From: Verrucomicrobiota bacterium | GTDB lineage: Bacteria; Verrucomicrobiota; Lentisphaeria; Lentisphaerales; Lentisphaeraceae | DNA length: 37,504 nucleotides | NCBI GenBank assembly: GCA_039798785.1 | Contig: JBDKFG010000047.1 | Location: 1-37,504, forward strand | Direction: 5' to 3' | Shown here: positions 18,162-27,682 of the stretch, piece by piece | Layout: each line of letters opens with the position of its first letter | Numbering within the stretch: the stretch's first letter is position 1 | The notes under the pieces: generated by a model | The model's database searches: none | Seen by the model: the letters and a program-made list of their open reading frames with translations, nothing else | Told to the model about the DNA's origin: nothing | Position numbers and translations under genes: made by a program

Positions 18162-20119
18162 ACCTGGCTTCCAGCGGATTTTTCATTGAGAGGACGGCGC
18201 AGGGTCAGCAGACCCTCCACCAGCATGCTGGCGAGGAGCAGGGCGAAGAAAAGCCGCCACAACTCAGATTCCTGGCTGGCTCCGGCCGCGCCGCTGCCTT
18301 CATCCATGCGGGTGAACTCGAGCCCGTTGAAGAGGGACTCCACCTCGGCGGAGTCGAGCATGGCAGCATCGTCCTCAGCCTCGGGACGGGCGCAGACGAG
18401 ATAAGCGTCGCCGCGACGCCAGACGCCGGCGCTGGCAGTCTTCGGAATTGATTCCCGGTTCACCGCCAGGGCCTCAAGCGGCTGCTTGCCGCTCTCGGGG
18501 TGGCAGGACGCCCATTCGACACGCGTGAAACGGCGTCCACCCTCCTGCTGCAGACGGCGCAGCAGAGGAAGCAAGACCGTGCCTTGACGCAAGTCCGAAG
18601 AGGCAGGATCAATGCCGGCGGCCAAGGCGTAAACCATGCCTTTTCCCTCGGTGCAGCGGAGCAGGAAGGGCTGGCCGTCGGAGAAGCTGGCCACCGGGGT
18701 CGCGCCCTCGGCAACGGGGATTTGACGCCGGGCAATGCCGAGTTTCTCCATCGACAGACTCTTGCCGGAGGCGGATTTGGAGAGAGGCCCCCGTTCGTCG
18801 TCCCAGACGCTGACGCGGAAATTCCTCGCATCCTCGACGCCGCCGTAGTTGAGCCAGGAGCCCCATTCACAGGCCGAGCCGGGAGGCAGCATCAGCAGGC
18901 AGCCGCCGTCGGCGACAAACTGCTTGACCCGGTCCAGAACCGCTGCCGTCGGAGGCGTCGCGTTCCAGATCAGAAGCGAGCTCTTGGCCAGCATCGTCGC
19001 ATCGGGATCGGCCGGGTTGAGGATGACGGCATTGACGCCGAAAATCTCGGGAGCGGGAGCGCCCAGCAGCGACAGGAGCTCCCCCTGGAGCGCGTCGGCC
19101 GAAGCGACTGCCACCTGGCCCTGGCTGGCCTCTCCATAAGCGAAATAGACGGTGTTGTCACCCTCCCGACTGTCAGAAGGCAGGCTCAGCGAACCCCAGC
19201 CGCCCTTGCTACCCTTTTTCAGTCGGATGACCTGGCGGCAGCGCGTCTCGGCGCCGCTAAGCTTGATCTCTCGGGAACTTTCCAGGCCATCGAGCTTGAG
19301 GCTGCAATTGAGCACCGGAGCGCTAGACTCGCTGCGCCGGATCAGAAGGTCGAGTTCGAGGTCGCGTCCGGCAGGACTGCTGGTCTCAACCGCATTGATG
19401 AGCTGGATGCTGGCATTGCCGCCCAGGATCGAGGTCATGGCCAGAAGGCGGACCTGAGGACGTCCGGGTATCGTTTCGATGCCGCTGCGCCAACGCGACC
19501 ATTGCTCGGAACGGGGATTCCAGCTACTTGTCTGCAGGTCCGAGGCGATCCATAGCTCGGAACGACCGGAAGCGGGCGAGGCCAGTTCAGCACGAGCCCG
19601 CTCCAGCAGCTTGGGCATGTCGGTGCCGCTGTCGGTGTCGCCGAGCAGCACCGAGTCCTTGAGATCTTCCGCTTTCTGCAAGGTGCGCGCATCAGGGCTG
19701 GCGCTGTCGATCAGGACGATGCGGCGTGCCCCCAGCTTCGCAGCCGAGTTTCCGAGGGTTTCTGCAGCCTGGGCCAGCTTCGAGTGGCTCCAGTTGTCGT
19801 CACGGCCAGTCATCGAGGCTGAGCGGTCCAGGACAATCACCAGGGTGTCCGGCGCCCCGGCTGCAGCCCATCCGAGCCAACCGCCGCTGAGAGGGCGGGC
19901 CAGGGCCAGGCCCAGAGCCAGCAAGGCCAGGACGCGCAAGGCGAGGATGAGGATCTCGCGCAGCTTCGCCATCTTGGTCGATTTACGACGGGCGCGGTCG
20001 AGGAAGCTCATCGCCGCCCATTTGCGCTGGGTGAAGCGCATGCGGTTCACAAGGTGGATAATCACCGGCAGTGCGGCGAAAGCCAAGAACCACAGGAAGG
20101 ATGTCTGCAGGAATGTCAT
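18158..20119 (-). CDS. BatA N-terminal double-TM domain plus VWA protein
   Basis: PVIIHL..WAAMSFL..LRVLAL..ARP, MIDAS DRSASM, IASDLQ and C-terminal ELWR TM. ATGA overlap with the next gene. Confidence 0.87.
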   Translation of the reverse strand: MTFLQTSFLWFLAFAALPVIIHLVNRMRFTQRKWAAMSFLDRARRKSTKMAKLREILILALRVLALLALGLALARPLSGGWLGWAAAGAPDTLVIVLDRSASMTGRDDNWSHSKLAQAAETLGNSAAKLGARRIVLIDSASPDARTLQKAEDLKDSVLLGDTDSGTDMPKLLERARAELASPASGRSELWIASDLQTSSWNPRSEQWSRWRSGIETIPGRPQVRLLAMTSILGGNASIQLINAVETSSPAGRDLELDLLIRRSESSAPVLNCSLKLDGLESSREIKLSGAETRCRQVIRLKKGSKGGWGSLSLPSDSREGDNTVYFAYGEASQGQVAVASADALQGELLSLLGAPAPEIFGVNAVILNPADPDATMLAKSSLLIWNATPPTAAVLDRVKQFVADGGCLLMLPPGSACEWGSWLNYGGVEDARNFRVSVWDDERGPLSKSASGKSLSMEKLGIARRQIPVAEGATPVASFSDGQPFLLRCTEGKGMVYALAAGIDPASSDLRQGTVLLPLLRRLQQEGGRRFTRVEWASCHPESGKQPLEALAVNRESIPKTASAGVWRRGDAYLVCARPEAEDDAAMLDSAEVESLFNGLEFTRMDEGSGAAGASQESELWRLFFALLLASMLVEGLLTLRRPLNEKSAGSQV

Positions 20120-20123
20120 CGGT

Positions 20124-21017
20124 TCAGCCTCGGCGCATCATGCGGTCTAGAAGGAAGTTGCCGAGCAGGGTCTCAAGATCCTGGTCGGTGACGGCAAGGC
20201 GGTAATCCGCCTTGTTGCGCAGGGAGCCGGCGCGGATCTCGGTCATGAAGGCCGAAAACTCGCGCAGATAGTCCTGCCGGATGGTCTCGGGATCGGCATC
20301 GATCGATTCGCCGCCTTCGAGGTCGACGAAACGGGTCGGCTTGTCGATCGGGAAGTCGATCTCGTCGCGGTCGACGACGTGGAAGACCGCCAGGTCGTGC
20401 TTGCGGAAGGAGAAGTGGGAAAAGGTGTTGCACAGCTCTTCGACATCATGGAAAAGGTCCGAGATGACGACGATCAAGGCGCGGCGGCGGATCCGCCCCG
20501 CCAATTCGTCGAGATGCTTCACCAAGTCGGTCGTGCCGGAAGGCTCGACCTTGGCGAGCAGCTCCATCATCGCATGGAGATGACGAGGCGAAGTCCGGGC
20601 AGGGATGTCGTGCAGCAGCTTGTCGTTGAAGACCGCCAGGCCGACGCCGTCGCCCTGGCTCACCAGAACGTGGGAGAGAGCCGCGACGATCTTGCGGGCA
20701 TAATCGATCTTACGACCGTTCTTGCCTTCGAACAGCATCGAGGCGCTGCAGTCGATGACGAAATGGCAACGCAGGTTGGTGTCGGCTTCGAACTCCTTGA
20801 CGTAGAAGCGTTCGGTCCGGCCGTAGACGCGCCAGTCGATGTGGCGGATTTCATCGCCGGGCACGTACTTGCGATACTGGGCAAAGTCCACAGAGCTGCC
20901 GCGGTGCGGGCTCTTGTGCCGACCGGTGAAGTTGCCGGCCATGAAGGAGCGGGCCTCGACGGTGAGGCGCCCCAGCTTGGCGTTCAGCTTCGGATCGACG
21001 AATTCCTTCCGTTGCAT
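20124..21017 (-). CDS. DUF58 domain protein
   Basis: GRHKS..GSSVDFAQYRKYVPGDEIRHIDW..YVKEFE, DCSASM and VISD motifs. Confidence 0.93.
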   Translation of the reverse strand: MQRKEFVDPKLNAKLGRLTVEARSFMAGNFTGRHKSPHRGSSVDFAQYRKYVPGDEIRHIDWRVYGRTERFYVKEFEADTNLRCHFVIDCSASMLFEGKNGRKIDYARKIVAALSHVLVSQGDGVGLAVFNDKLLHDIPARTSPRHLHAMMELLAKVEPSGTTDLVKHLDELAGRIRRRALIVVISDLFHDVEELCNTFSHFSFRKHDLAVFHVVDRDEIDFPIDKPTRFVDLEGGESIDADPETIRQDYLREFSAFMTEIRAGSLRNKADYRLAVTDQDLETLLGNFLLDRMMRRG

Positions 21018-21027
21018 GGTTCAGGCC

Positions 21028-22032
21028 TCAGGCGCGGCCTGATTCCTTGAGGAGACGACGCACCAGGTCGCGGGCGCCCATGCCCTCGCTCTCCGCCTGG
21101 AAGGTGAGTTGGATGCGGTGCACGAGAACCGATTCCGCCACCGCGTCGATATCGTCCATCCGCACCATGTAGCTTCCATGCAGAGCGGCGCGGGCCTTGG
21201 CGGCCAGTATGATGTTCTGGACCGCGCGGGGACCGGCACCCCAGGAGATCAGCTGCTTAACCCACTCCTTCGCCCCGGCTTCGTTGGGACGGGTGCCTCG
21301 GACGAGGTCGACGACGTAGTCATAGATGTGATCGGGGACAGGGAGGCGGCGGACCAGTTCCTGGTAACGCAGGATGTCTTCCCCGCTGAGGACGGCTTTG
21401 AGCTGCGGCTTTTCCGAGCCGGTAGTGCGACGTGCGACGCTGAGCTCGTCCTCGCGGCTGGGGTAGCCGACCTCGATGAAGAACATGAAGCGGTCGAGCT
21501 GGGCCTCGGGAAGCGGGTAGGTTCCTTCCTGCTCGATCGGGTTCTGGGTGGCGAGGACGAAGAAGGGAGGAGGAAGAGGATAGGTGCGGCCGACCACCGT
21601 GACCTTGTGCTCCTGCATAGCCTCGAGCAGGGCGGCCTGGGTCTTGGCGGAGGTGCGGTTGATCTCGTCGGCGAGGACGATGTTAGCGAAGATCGGACCC
21701 TTGATGAAGTGGAATTCACGGCGGCCGGGATGCTCAAGCGATTCCTGCAGGATGTCAGTGCCGGTGATGTCCGAAGGCATCAGGTCCGGAGTGAACTGGA
21801 TGCGGCTGAAGTCGAGGTGCATGGTTTTCGACAGCGACTGGACCATCAAGGTCTTGGCGAGGCCGGGGACGCCCATGAGGAGCGCATGGCCGCGGGCGAA
21901 AATGGCGATCATCAGTTTTTCGATGACATCTTTTTGCCCATGAATGGCCTTGCTCATCTCGGACAACACAGCCTCGTGGGCCTTGCGCAGTTCTTCAATC
22001 GCGGCGACGTCATCTCGTTCGGGTGTGCTCAT
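21028..22032 (-). CDS. moxR: MoxR-family AAA+ ATPase
   Basis: Walker A GVPGLAKT, RIQFTPDLMPSD, Walker B LADEINR, TQAALLEAM and ATQNPIEQEGTYPLPEAQLDRF. Confidence 0.96.
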   Translation of the reverse strand: MSTPERDDVAAIEELRKAHEAVLSEMSKAIHGQKDVIEKLMIAIFARGHALLMGVPGLAKTLMVQSLSKTMHLDFSRIQFTPDLMPSDITGTDILQESLEHPGRREFHFIKGPIFANIVLADEINRTSAKTQAALLEAMQEHKVTVVGRTYPLPPPFFVLATQNPIEQEGTYPLPEAQLDRFMFFIEVGYPSREDELSVARRTTGSEKPQLKAVLSGEDILRYQELVRRLPVPDHIYDYVVDLVRGTRPNEAGAKEWVKQLISWGAGPRAVQNIILAAKARAALHGSYMVRMDDIDAVAESVLVHRIQLTFQAESEGMGARDLVRRLLKESGRA

Positions 22033-22227
22033 TCTCTCTCTCCGGTTCTGGGGTGCAAATTGTGGGGGACGCTAGCATAGACGCCAGAGAAAGGGAATTT
22101 CTTACCCGTTGTCTGATTTTCTTGCATTCTTCACCTAATCTACGTCCCGGAGCCCGACAAATTGAAATTTTTTCGGCTCCATATGACACGGGAAAGGACA
22201 AACTTCGCATTCATCGCAGCAGATACC

Positions 22228-22255
22228 TTGCGGGCTGAACATCCGGAGCTAGAAT
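22228..22255 (+). promoter_or_regulatory. Sigma70-type promoter of tRNA-Thr
   Basis: TTGCGG, 16-nt spacer, TAGAAT, ending 12 nt before the tRNA. Confidence 0.5.
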
Positions 22256-22267
22256 CCTCGGAGTTTG

Positions 22268-22342
22268 GCCAGCATAGCACAGCGGTAGTGCAGCTCATTC
22301 GTAATGAGCAGGTCATGGGTTCAAATCCCATTGCTGGCTCCA
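22268..22342 (+). tRNA. tRNA-Thr(CGT)
   Basis: Acceptor GCCAGCA/TGCTGGC, anticodon arm GCTCA-TTCGTAA-TGAGC, GGTTCAAATCC T-arm, CCA encoded. Confidence 0.97.
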
Positions 22343-22358
22343 CCTTTCAAGCTCACAA

Positions 22359-22390
22359 TCAAGCTCTTGCAGAGATGCAATGGCTTTTTT
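22359..22390 (+). terminator. Imperfect terminator after tRNA-Thr
   Basis: AAGCtcTTGCA-gaga-TGCAAtgGCTT followed by a T run. Confidence 0.45.
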
Positions 22391-22483
22391 CCGCTGTTGA
22401 CAAGATTGGCAAAACTGCGACACGCGACTCAACAGATTCAATTCGGGTATCACTTCTTCTTTGAACTGGAGCTTCCATTGTGT

Positions 22484-24715
22484 TCATCTCAGGTGGAGAG
22501 GCAGCACAAGGTCCTTGGCTCGTTCCTTCGGCTTCACTTCGAGCTTGAGGATCTTGCCGCCGCGGTAGATGCATTCGACCGTGGTCGCATCCGGAGCATG
22601 GAGCTTGAAGCTGACGTCCCAGGCCTTCGGCCAGGCGGGCATCAGCAGGATCTTGCCGCCGCTTTCGCCTTGCAGGAGCATCAAGTTGGTGGTCTCGAGT
22701 AGATTGCCGCCGTGATTCTGGTCGGGCAGCCAGTCGAAGTTGGGTCCCCAGGTGGCGGGCCAGCGGTAGGCCTTGTTGGAGTTGGCGCATTTGATCTTGA
22801 GGATGCGCTCGGCTTCATCGGTCAAGCCGAGCAGGGCGGCATCGTTGCCGTCGTAACCCCAGCCATTGGGAAGCTGGGAATGGCGTTTGGCGTAGGCCTG
22901 GCGGCCTTCGGCGAGGAGCTCGGGACGGCTGAGGCAAACTTCGCGGTAGGGCCAGATGGCGTAGGTCTCGGGATTCTCGCAGTTGCTGCGCTGCGGTTTG
23001 TACTTCGCCGCCGGAGCCAGCTGGCGAGTGGCACCGCTGCCTTCCACCGGGATCGGCGGACACGCTGCGGCAATGCGGGCGAAGAGCTCGCGCTGCGACG
23101 GGCTCAGCTGATCCACCGGCAAGGCATTCAGGCGTCGGCTGAGGTTGACCAGACCCGCGACTGTCGGGGCGTCGTTGACCACGCCGTGCCAATAGGTTTC
23201 GACCGCTTGGGCAGGGTCGATGACGAGCTTGCCCGCGGCGTCTTTCTTGAAGCGGCTGTCGAAGTAGTCGAGGACGCTGACGGCCATCGGCAGGACTTCG
23301 TTTTTCAGGAAAGCTTCGTCGTGCGTGTAGTCGTAGCGGTCGAGCATCAGCGCCACCAGCTCGGGCCCTTGGTTCCAGGCCTTGTCCCACCAGGGGCAGC
23401 CGACCTCGGAAGGCTGCTTGCCGCGGCGGTCCCAATTGTAGTCGCCGCCGTAGGTGCCGAAGAGAGTCATGGTCTCGGGGAAATACGCGCCTCGTGCGCC
23501 GTGGTATTTCGCGCTGCGGGACTCGGCCAGGGGAACTGCGTCCTCGTACATCTTGAACAGCGGCTGCATCAGGTCGATGTCGCCGCAAGCGAGCATCGGG
23601 TGGTACATGTGGCGGGTGTTCTGCCACCAGTAGCAGTCGCCCCAGTTGCGCCAGTCGGCGGTGAAGCCTTTCGCCTCGGTGTTGAAGAAGCCGCCGTTGA
23701 ACTTGATCGGGTAGCTGCCGCGCCCCTGGATCGCCTGGGCGAAGCGCTGCAGGGTGTAGCCGCGAGTGACCGTCTCTTCGCCGGCGAGCACCCAGGAACG
23801 CGCCCAGAATTGCGACCACCAGTTTTGCGTCCGGCGCAAAGCCCGGCTGTAGTCGCTCGATTTCGCCGCTTCGTTTTCGACTTGTTTCAGCCAAGCCTCG
23901 GCGCTGTCGGTCTGAGCGGTATGGGTGGCCAGAGTGAGTGCGAAACTCGACTGATTTTGCGCGCTGCGCAATTCGCGCTCGCCGCTGGGCGTGAAGCCGG
24001 CGCCGCTGAGATGGCCGCCGAAGGTCCGATGCAGCAAGGGATCAAAGGCTCCTTTGGCTCCGGTCAAGGACTGGGTTTCGAGGAGCTTCGGCACCACCGA
24101 AGTCTCGTTGCGGTGATACCAGACGATGGCCTTGGGCGATGGGGAAAAGCGGTCGCCGCTTTCGATCAGAGGAAAGGGCGCGTCGTGCGTGGTCCAGCTC
24201 GAGGCTTTTTCCGCCCCCGGCAATTGCCGATCGGCATCGCGCCAGTTCTCGATCTTGGCCGAAACGCTTAAGGGTTTGCCCTCCTTCAGGCTGGAGCCCA
24301 TGATGTGAACCACCTGCGCTTCGGTATCGACGAGGACGTTGAGGGCGACGCCGCCGCCGCTGATCAGGATTCGCCCTTCGCGCAAGATCAGCTCCTGCTT
24401 GAAATCGGCGCCGGCCAGCGGATTGCCGTCGATGTGGACGCGCAGACGGCCGAGCTTGAGGAAGCGGCAGATCTCGGACAAGGAGTCGCTGCGGGCGAGG
24501 AGGATCATCAGGTCGCCGCTGCCTTTTTCGACCCAGACGTTGAGCACAGTCTGGCCGTTGCCGAGGGGCATTGAGCCGTGCGAATCCAGGCTCGGCGAAT
24601 TCCAGATGACGTTCTCGGCATCGAGTTCGGTCGGGGCCGGGCTCGCCGTTGAAGCGGCGCTTTGGCAGGAGCTCAAGGTCAGAAGCAGGCAGCTGATCAG
24701 GGCGGGGATTTTCAT
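22484..24715 (-). CDS. Lipoprotein glycoside hydrolase, DUF5703/GH95-like
   Basis: Lipobox LSSC; SMPLGNG, PIKFNGG, YWWQNTR, FPET, NCENPE and GPNFDWLPDQNHGG motifs; C-terminal LMPAWPKAWDVSFKLHAP as in GH95/GH65-like enzymes. Confidence 0.8.
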   Translation of the reverse strand: MKIPALISCLLLTLSSCQSAASTASPAPTELDAENVIWNSPSLDSHGSMPLGNGQTVLNVWVEKGSGDLMILLARSDSLSEICRFLKLGRLRVHIDGNPLAGADFKQELILREGRILISGGGVALNVLVDTEAQVVHIMGSSLKEGKPLSVSAKIENWRDADRQLPGAEKASSWTTHDAPFPLIESGDRFSPSPKAIVWYHRNETSVVPKLLETQSLTGAKGAFDPLLHRTFGGHLSGAGFTPSGERELRSAQNQSSFALTLATHTAQTDSAEAWLKQVENEAAKSSDYSRALRRTQNWWSQFWARSWVLAGEETVTRGYTLQRFAQAIQGRGSYPIKFNGGFFNTEAKGFTADWRNWGDCYWWQNTRHMYHPMLACGDIDLMQPLFKMYEDAVPLAESRSAKYHGARGAYFPETMTLFGTYGGDYNWDRRGKQPSEVGCPWWDKAWNQGPELVALMLDRYDYTHDEAFLKNEVLPMAVSVLDYFDSRFKKDAAGKLVIDPAQAVETYWHGVVNDAPTVAGLVNLSRRLNALPVDQLSPSQRELFARIAAACPPIPVEGSGATRQLAPAAKYKPQRSNCENPETYAIWPYREVCLSRPELLAEGRQAYAKRHSQLPNGWGYDGNDAALLGLTDEAERILKIKCANSNKAYRWPATWGPNFDWLPDQNHGGNLLETTNLMLLQGESGGKILLMPAWPKAWDVSFKLHAPDATTVECIYRGGKILKLEVKPKERAKDLVLPLHLR

Positions 24716-24790
24716 GGGCTCTCTCCGGTTTTGGGTCGTGTCGATTCCGAGTCCGCCAAGGCTCTTGCGGTTCCGTCTCTGGCACAGCAC

Positions 24791-24829
24791 ATTTCACAGA
24801 TTATACTGGATTTCACTCAGCCATTGCAA
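24791..24829 (-). promoter_or_regulatory. Promoter of the glycosidase with ATTTCAC direct repeats
   Basis: TTGCAA (24829-24824), 18-nt spacer, TATAAT (24805-24800). ATTTCAC at 24791 and 24810. Confidence 0.5.
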
Positions 24830-24843
24830 GAGCAGGTCAAAGC

Positions 24844-25689
24844 ATGAACAACAGTCCCGAGTCCGCTAGCCTGCAGTTTCAGATTTTCGCCACCGATCGA
24901 CTTCGAGTGGGGAGCTGGTGGTCGTATCAAGGCCATGTCAGCCCCTTCACCCGTCTCTTCCTGATTCACAACGGTCAGCAGCAGGCTTTTTTCAATGGCG
25001 AGACCTTGGTCATGCGGCCGAGCTCGGTCTATCTCGTGCCGCCTTTTGTCCCGGTCGACTACACTTGCAAGAACCAGTGCGAGCAGCACTACATCCTCTT
25101 CCGCGCCGGCTCCGGCGGCGAAGAATTGGCCGCGGCTTACCACCTGCCGTCGCGCCGGCCGCTGCGTCCTCTCGATCTGGCCCTCGGCGATGAACTGCTG
25201 CAGCATTTTCCCTCCTTCGGTTTGAGCAATGTCGACGCCAACGACCCGCGCTACAACGACCAGGTCTGGCAGGGACGCAACGACAGCCTCAGTCCCCAGC
25301 AGCGACTGGTCGCCGATGGCGTCCTGCGCCTGCTGCTCGCCCCCTTCCTGGTCGAGGCCCGTCCGCAGCCGCAGATGCTGCGTTTCTCGCGGGTTTTCGA
25401 GTTCATCGAAGTCAATCTCCACCGGCCTCTGGCCCTGGCCGATCTCGCCGCTGCCGCCGAGCTCGATCCGACCTATTTCTCCGACCACTTCCGCAAGCAC
25501 ATCGGCATCCGGCCGATGGAATATCTGCTGCGCCGCCGCCTCGACCGCGCCCAGGACCTGCTCGGCAGCAGCAGCGACCTGATCGCCCAGATCGCTTCGC
25601 GCTGCGGCTTCAGCGACGGCAACTACTTCATCCGGGTCTACAAGAAGCGCTTCGGCATCAGCCCGGCGGCGTCGCGCAAGGCGAAGTGA
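24844..25689 (+). CDS. AraC-family transcriptional regulator
   Basis: N-terminal cupin-like region and C-terminal LADLA..YFSDHFRK..P.EY..IAQIASRCGFSDGNYFIRVYKKRFGISP. Confidence 0.93.
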   Translation: MNNSPESASLQFQIFATDRLRVGSWWSYQGHVSPFTRLFLIHNGQQQAFFNGETLVMRPSSVYLVPPFVPVDYTCKNQCEQHYILFRAGSGGEELAAAYHLPSRRPLRPLDLALGDELLQHFPSFGLSNVDANDPRYNDQVWQGRNDSLSPQQRLVADGVLRLLLAPFLVEARPQPQMLRFSRVFEFIEVNLHRPLALADLAAAAELDPTYFSDHFRKHIGIRPMEYLLRRRLDRAQDLLGSSSDLIAQIASRCGFSDGNYFIRVYKKRFGISPAASRKAK

Positions 25690-25755
25690 TCCGCCCCCGC
25701 TTTTCCGAAAGCGCGCTACATTCGCGCCGACAAAAAAACCTCCAAGGATCCCGCC

Positions 25756-27342
25756 ATGGCCTCGCTCACCGAAGAAATCAGCCGCCGCCGCACCTTCGCC
25801 ATCATCTCCCACCCTGACGCGGGCAAGACCACTCTCACCGAGAAGCTGCTGCTCTACTCCGGCATGATCCGCACCGCCGGCATGGTCGCCGGCCGCAAAG
25901 GACGCAAGGCCGCCACCTCCGACTGGATGAGCATGGAACAGGAACGCGGTATCTCGATCACCGCCTCCGCCATGCAGTTCGAATACCGCGGCTGCAAGAT
26001 CAACATCCTCGACACCCCCGGTCACCAGGACTTCTCGGAAGATACCTACCGCACCCTCACCGCCGCCGACTCCGTCATCATGGTCATCGACTGCGCCAAA
26101 GGGGTTGAAACCCAGACCCTCAAGCTCTTCGCCGCCTGCCGACTCCGCGGCATCCCCGTCCTCACCTTCGTCAACAAGATGGACATGTACGGCAAGTCGC
26201 CCATCGACCTGATGGAAGAGATCGAGCAGACCCTCGGCATCCCCGCCTCGCCGATGAACTGGCCGATCGGCGGCGGCAAGGAATTCCAGGGCGTCGTCGA
26301 CCGCCGCGACAACTGCTTCGAATTCTACACCCGCACCGCCGCCGGCGGCGCCCTCAAGCCGGAGGTCACCCGCGTCCCCGCCGACCAGGTCGTCCCCAAC
26401 GAACGGATGAGCGCCGAAGACCTGCAAAACCTCAAGGACGAGCTCGAATTGCTCGACATCGCCGGCAACGCTTTCAACCGCGACGACTATCTCAACTTCA
26501 AGGTCACCCCGGTCTACTTCGGCTCCGCCTTCACCAACTTCGGTGTCGAGCCGCTCTTCGACGCCCTGATCGACCTCGCGCCCTGCCCGACCTCGCGCAA
26601 GGCCGACCTTCCCGGCGGCGCCGAAAGCACCGTGCCGGTGGAAAGCGACTTCAGCGGCTACGTCTTCAAGCTGCAGGCCAACATGAACCCCAAGCACCGC
26701 GACTGCATCGCCTTCATGCGCATCAACTCCGGCCGCTACGAACGCGACATGCAAGTGCTGCAGCACCGCACCGGCAAACGCCTCCGCCTCGCCGGACCCC
26801 AGACCCTGCTCGCCGCTGAACGCCAGGGCCTCGAAGAAGCCTTCCCCGGCGACGTCATCGGCGTCATCAACACCAACGGCCTCGCCATCGGCGACACCAT
26901 CTCGATCAAAGGCGGCTTCGAATACAAGCCCCTGCCCAAGTTCCAGCCCGAGCTCTTCGCCCGCATCAGCCCGGTCGACCTCGGCAAGCGCAAGCAGATC
27001 GACCGCGGCATGGAGCAGCTCGCCGCCGAAGGCACGGTGCAGCTCATCCGCGAGTTCCGCGACACCTACGCATACCCCTTCGTCGCCGCCGTCGGACGCC
27101 TCCAGTTCGAAGTTCTGCAGCACCGTCTCGAAGAAGAGTACGGCGTCCCGACCAAGCTCGAGATGCTGCCCTTCTCCTGCTCCTGCTGGCTCGTCGGCCA
27201 GCCCGACACATTCAAGCTGCCCTTCGGCGCCAAGCTCGCCCAGGACGCCGCCGAGCGCCCCATGGTGCTCTTCTCCTCGACCTGGGAAAAGGACTACGCC
27301 CGCCGCGAAAACCCGGATCACCAGCTGCTCGATCACGCGTGA
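25756..27342 (+). CDS. prfC: Peptide chain release factor 3
   Basis: RRTFAIISHPDAGKTTLTEKLLL, SDWMSMEQERGIS, DTPGHQDFSEDTYR, NKMD and QANMNPKHRD motifs. Confidence 0.98.
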   Translation: MASLTEEISRRRTFAIISHPDAGKTTLTEKLLLYSGMIRTAGMVAGRKGRKAATSDWMSMEQERGISITASAMQFEYRGCKINILDTPGHQDFSEDTYRTLTAADSVIMVIDCAKGVETQTLKLFAACRLRGIPVLTFVNKMDMYGKSPIDLMEEIEQTLGIPASPMNWPIGGGKEFQGVVDRRDNCFEFYTRTAAGGALKPEVTRVPADQVVPNERMSAEDLQNLKDELELLDIAGNAFNRDDYLNFKVTPVYFGSAFTNFGVEPLFDALIDLAPCPTSRKADLPGGAESTVPVESDFSGYVFKLQANMNPKHRDCIAFMRINSGRYERDMQVLQHRTGKRLRLAGPQTLLAAERQGLEEAFPGDVIGVINTNGLAIGDTISIKGGFEYKPLPKFQPELFARISPVDLGKRKQIDRGMEQLAAEGTVQLIREFRDTYAYPFVAAVGRLQFEVLQHRLEEEYGVPTKLEMLPFSCSCWLVGQPDTFKLPFGAKLAQDAAERPMVLFSSTWEKDYARRENPDHQLLDHA

Positions 27343-27359
27343 GATTTTTGGATGTTTTA

Positions 27360-27671
27360 ATGTCAAAAGTCGTACTAGCCAAAGATGTTCTTGATAGAAA
27401 TTCCAAGGTCCTCTTTGGAATTTTTGGGGCAATTCAAAACTCTGGACATTTCCCTCCTTTGGAATTCTTAAATGAGTTTTTCATGAAGGGGAATGACCCA
27501 TGTGACCAGGATGGAAGAATGGCAAGCTGGCCTCCTTTCAATCTCACTTCCAGTGAATATGCCGAAGTAAAAAATTGGTGGTTGATCAATCATCCTGGAA
27601 CTCTCGAGACTGACTTAGAGAGCTCCACATGGACAGAATGGTGCTGTAAGATTCTAGAGCTTAATCAGTAA
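27360..27671 (+). CDS. Hypothetical protein, low GC (foreign)
   Basis: 103-aa ORF exactly filling an AT-rich block. Hand count gives about 42% GC over 27361-27660, against about two-thirds GC in flanking genes. Confidence 0.7.
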   Translation: MSKVVLAKDVLDRNSKVLFGIFGAIQNSGHFPPLEFLNEFFMKGNDPCDQDGRMASWPPFNLTSSEYAEVKNWWLINHPGTLETDLESSTWTEWCCKILELNQ

Positions 27672-27682
27672 GGAACTCATCC

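Noticed and set aside
22320..22483. Prophage or ICE attachment site at tRNA-Thr
   Set aside because: No integrase and no repeat of the tRNA 3' end seen in the window.
25756..27342. SXT/R391-type ICE insertion in prfC
   Set aside because: prfC is intact at its 5' end and no ICE genes are present. The only foreign DNA is a short 3' cassette.
24817..27432. 871-aa minus-strand ORF
   Set aside because: Antisense shadow of araC and prfC caused by strong GC3 bias. No motifs of its own.
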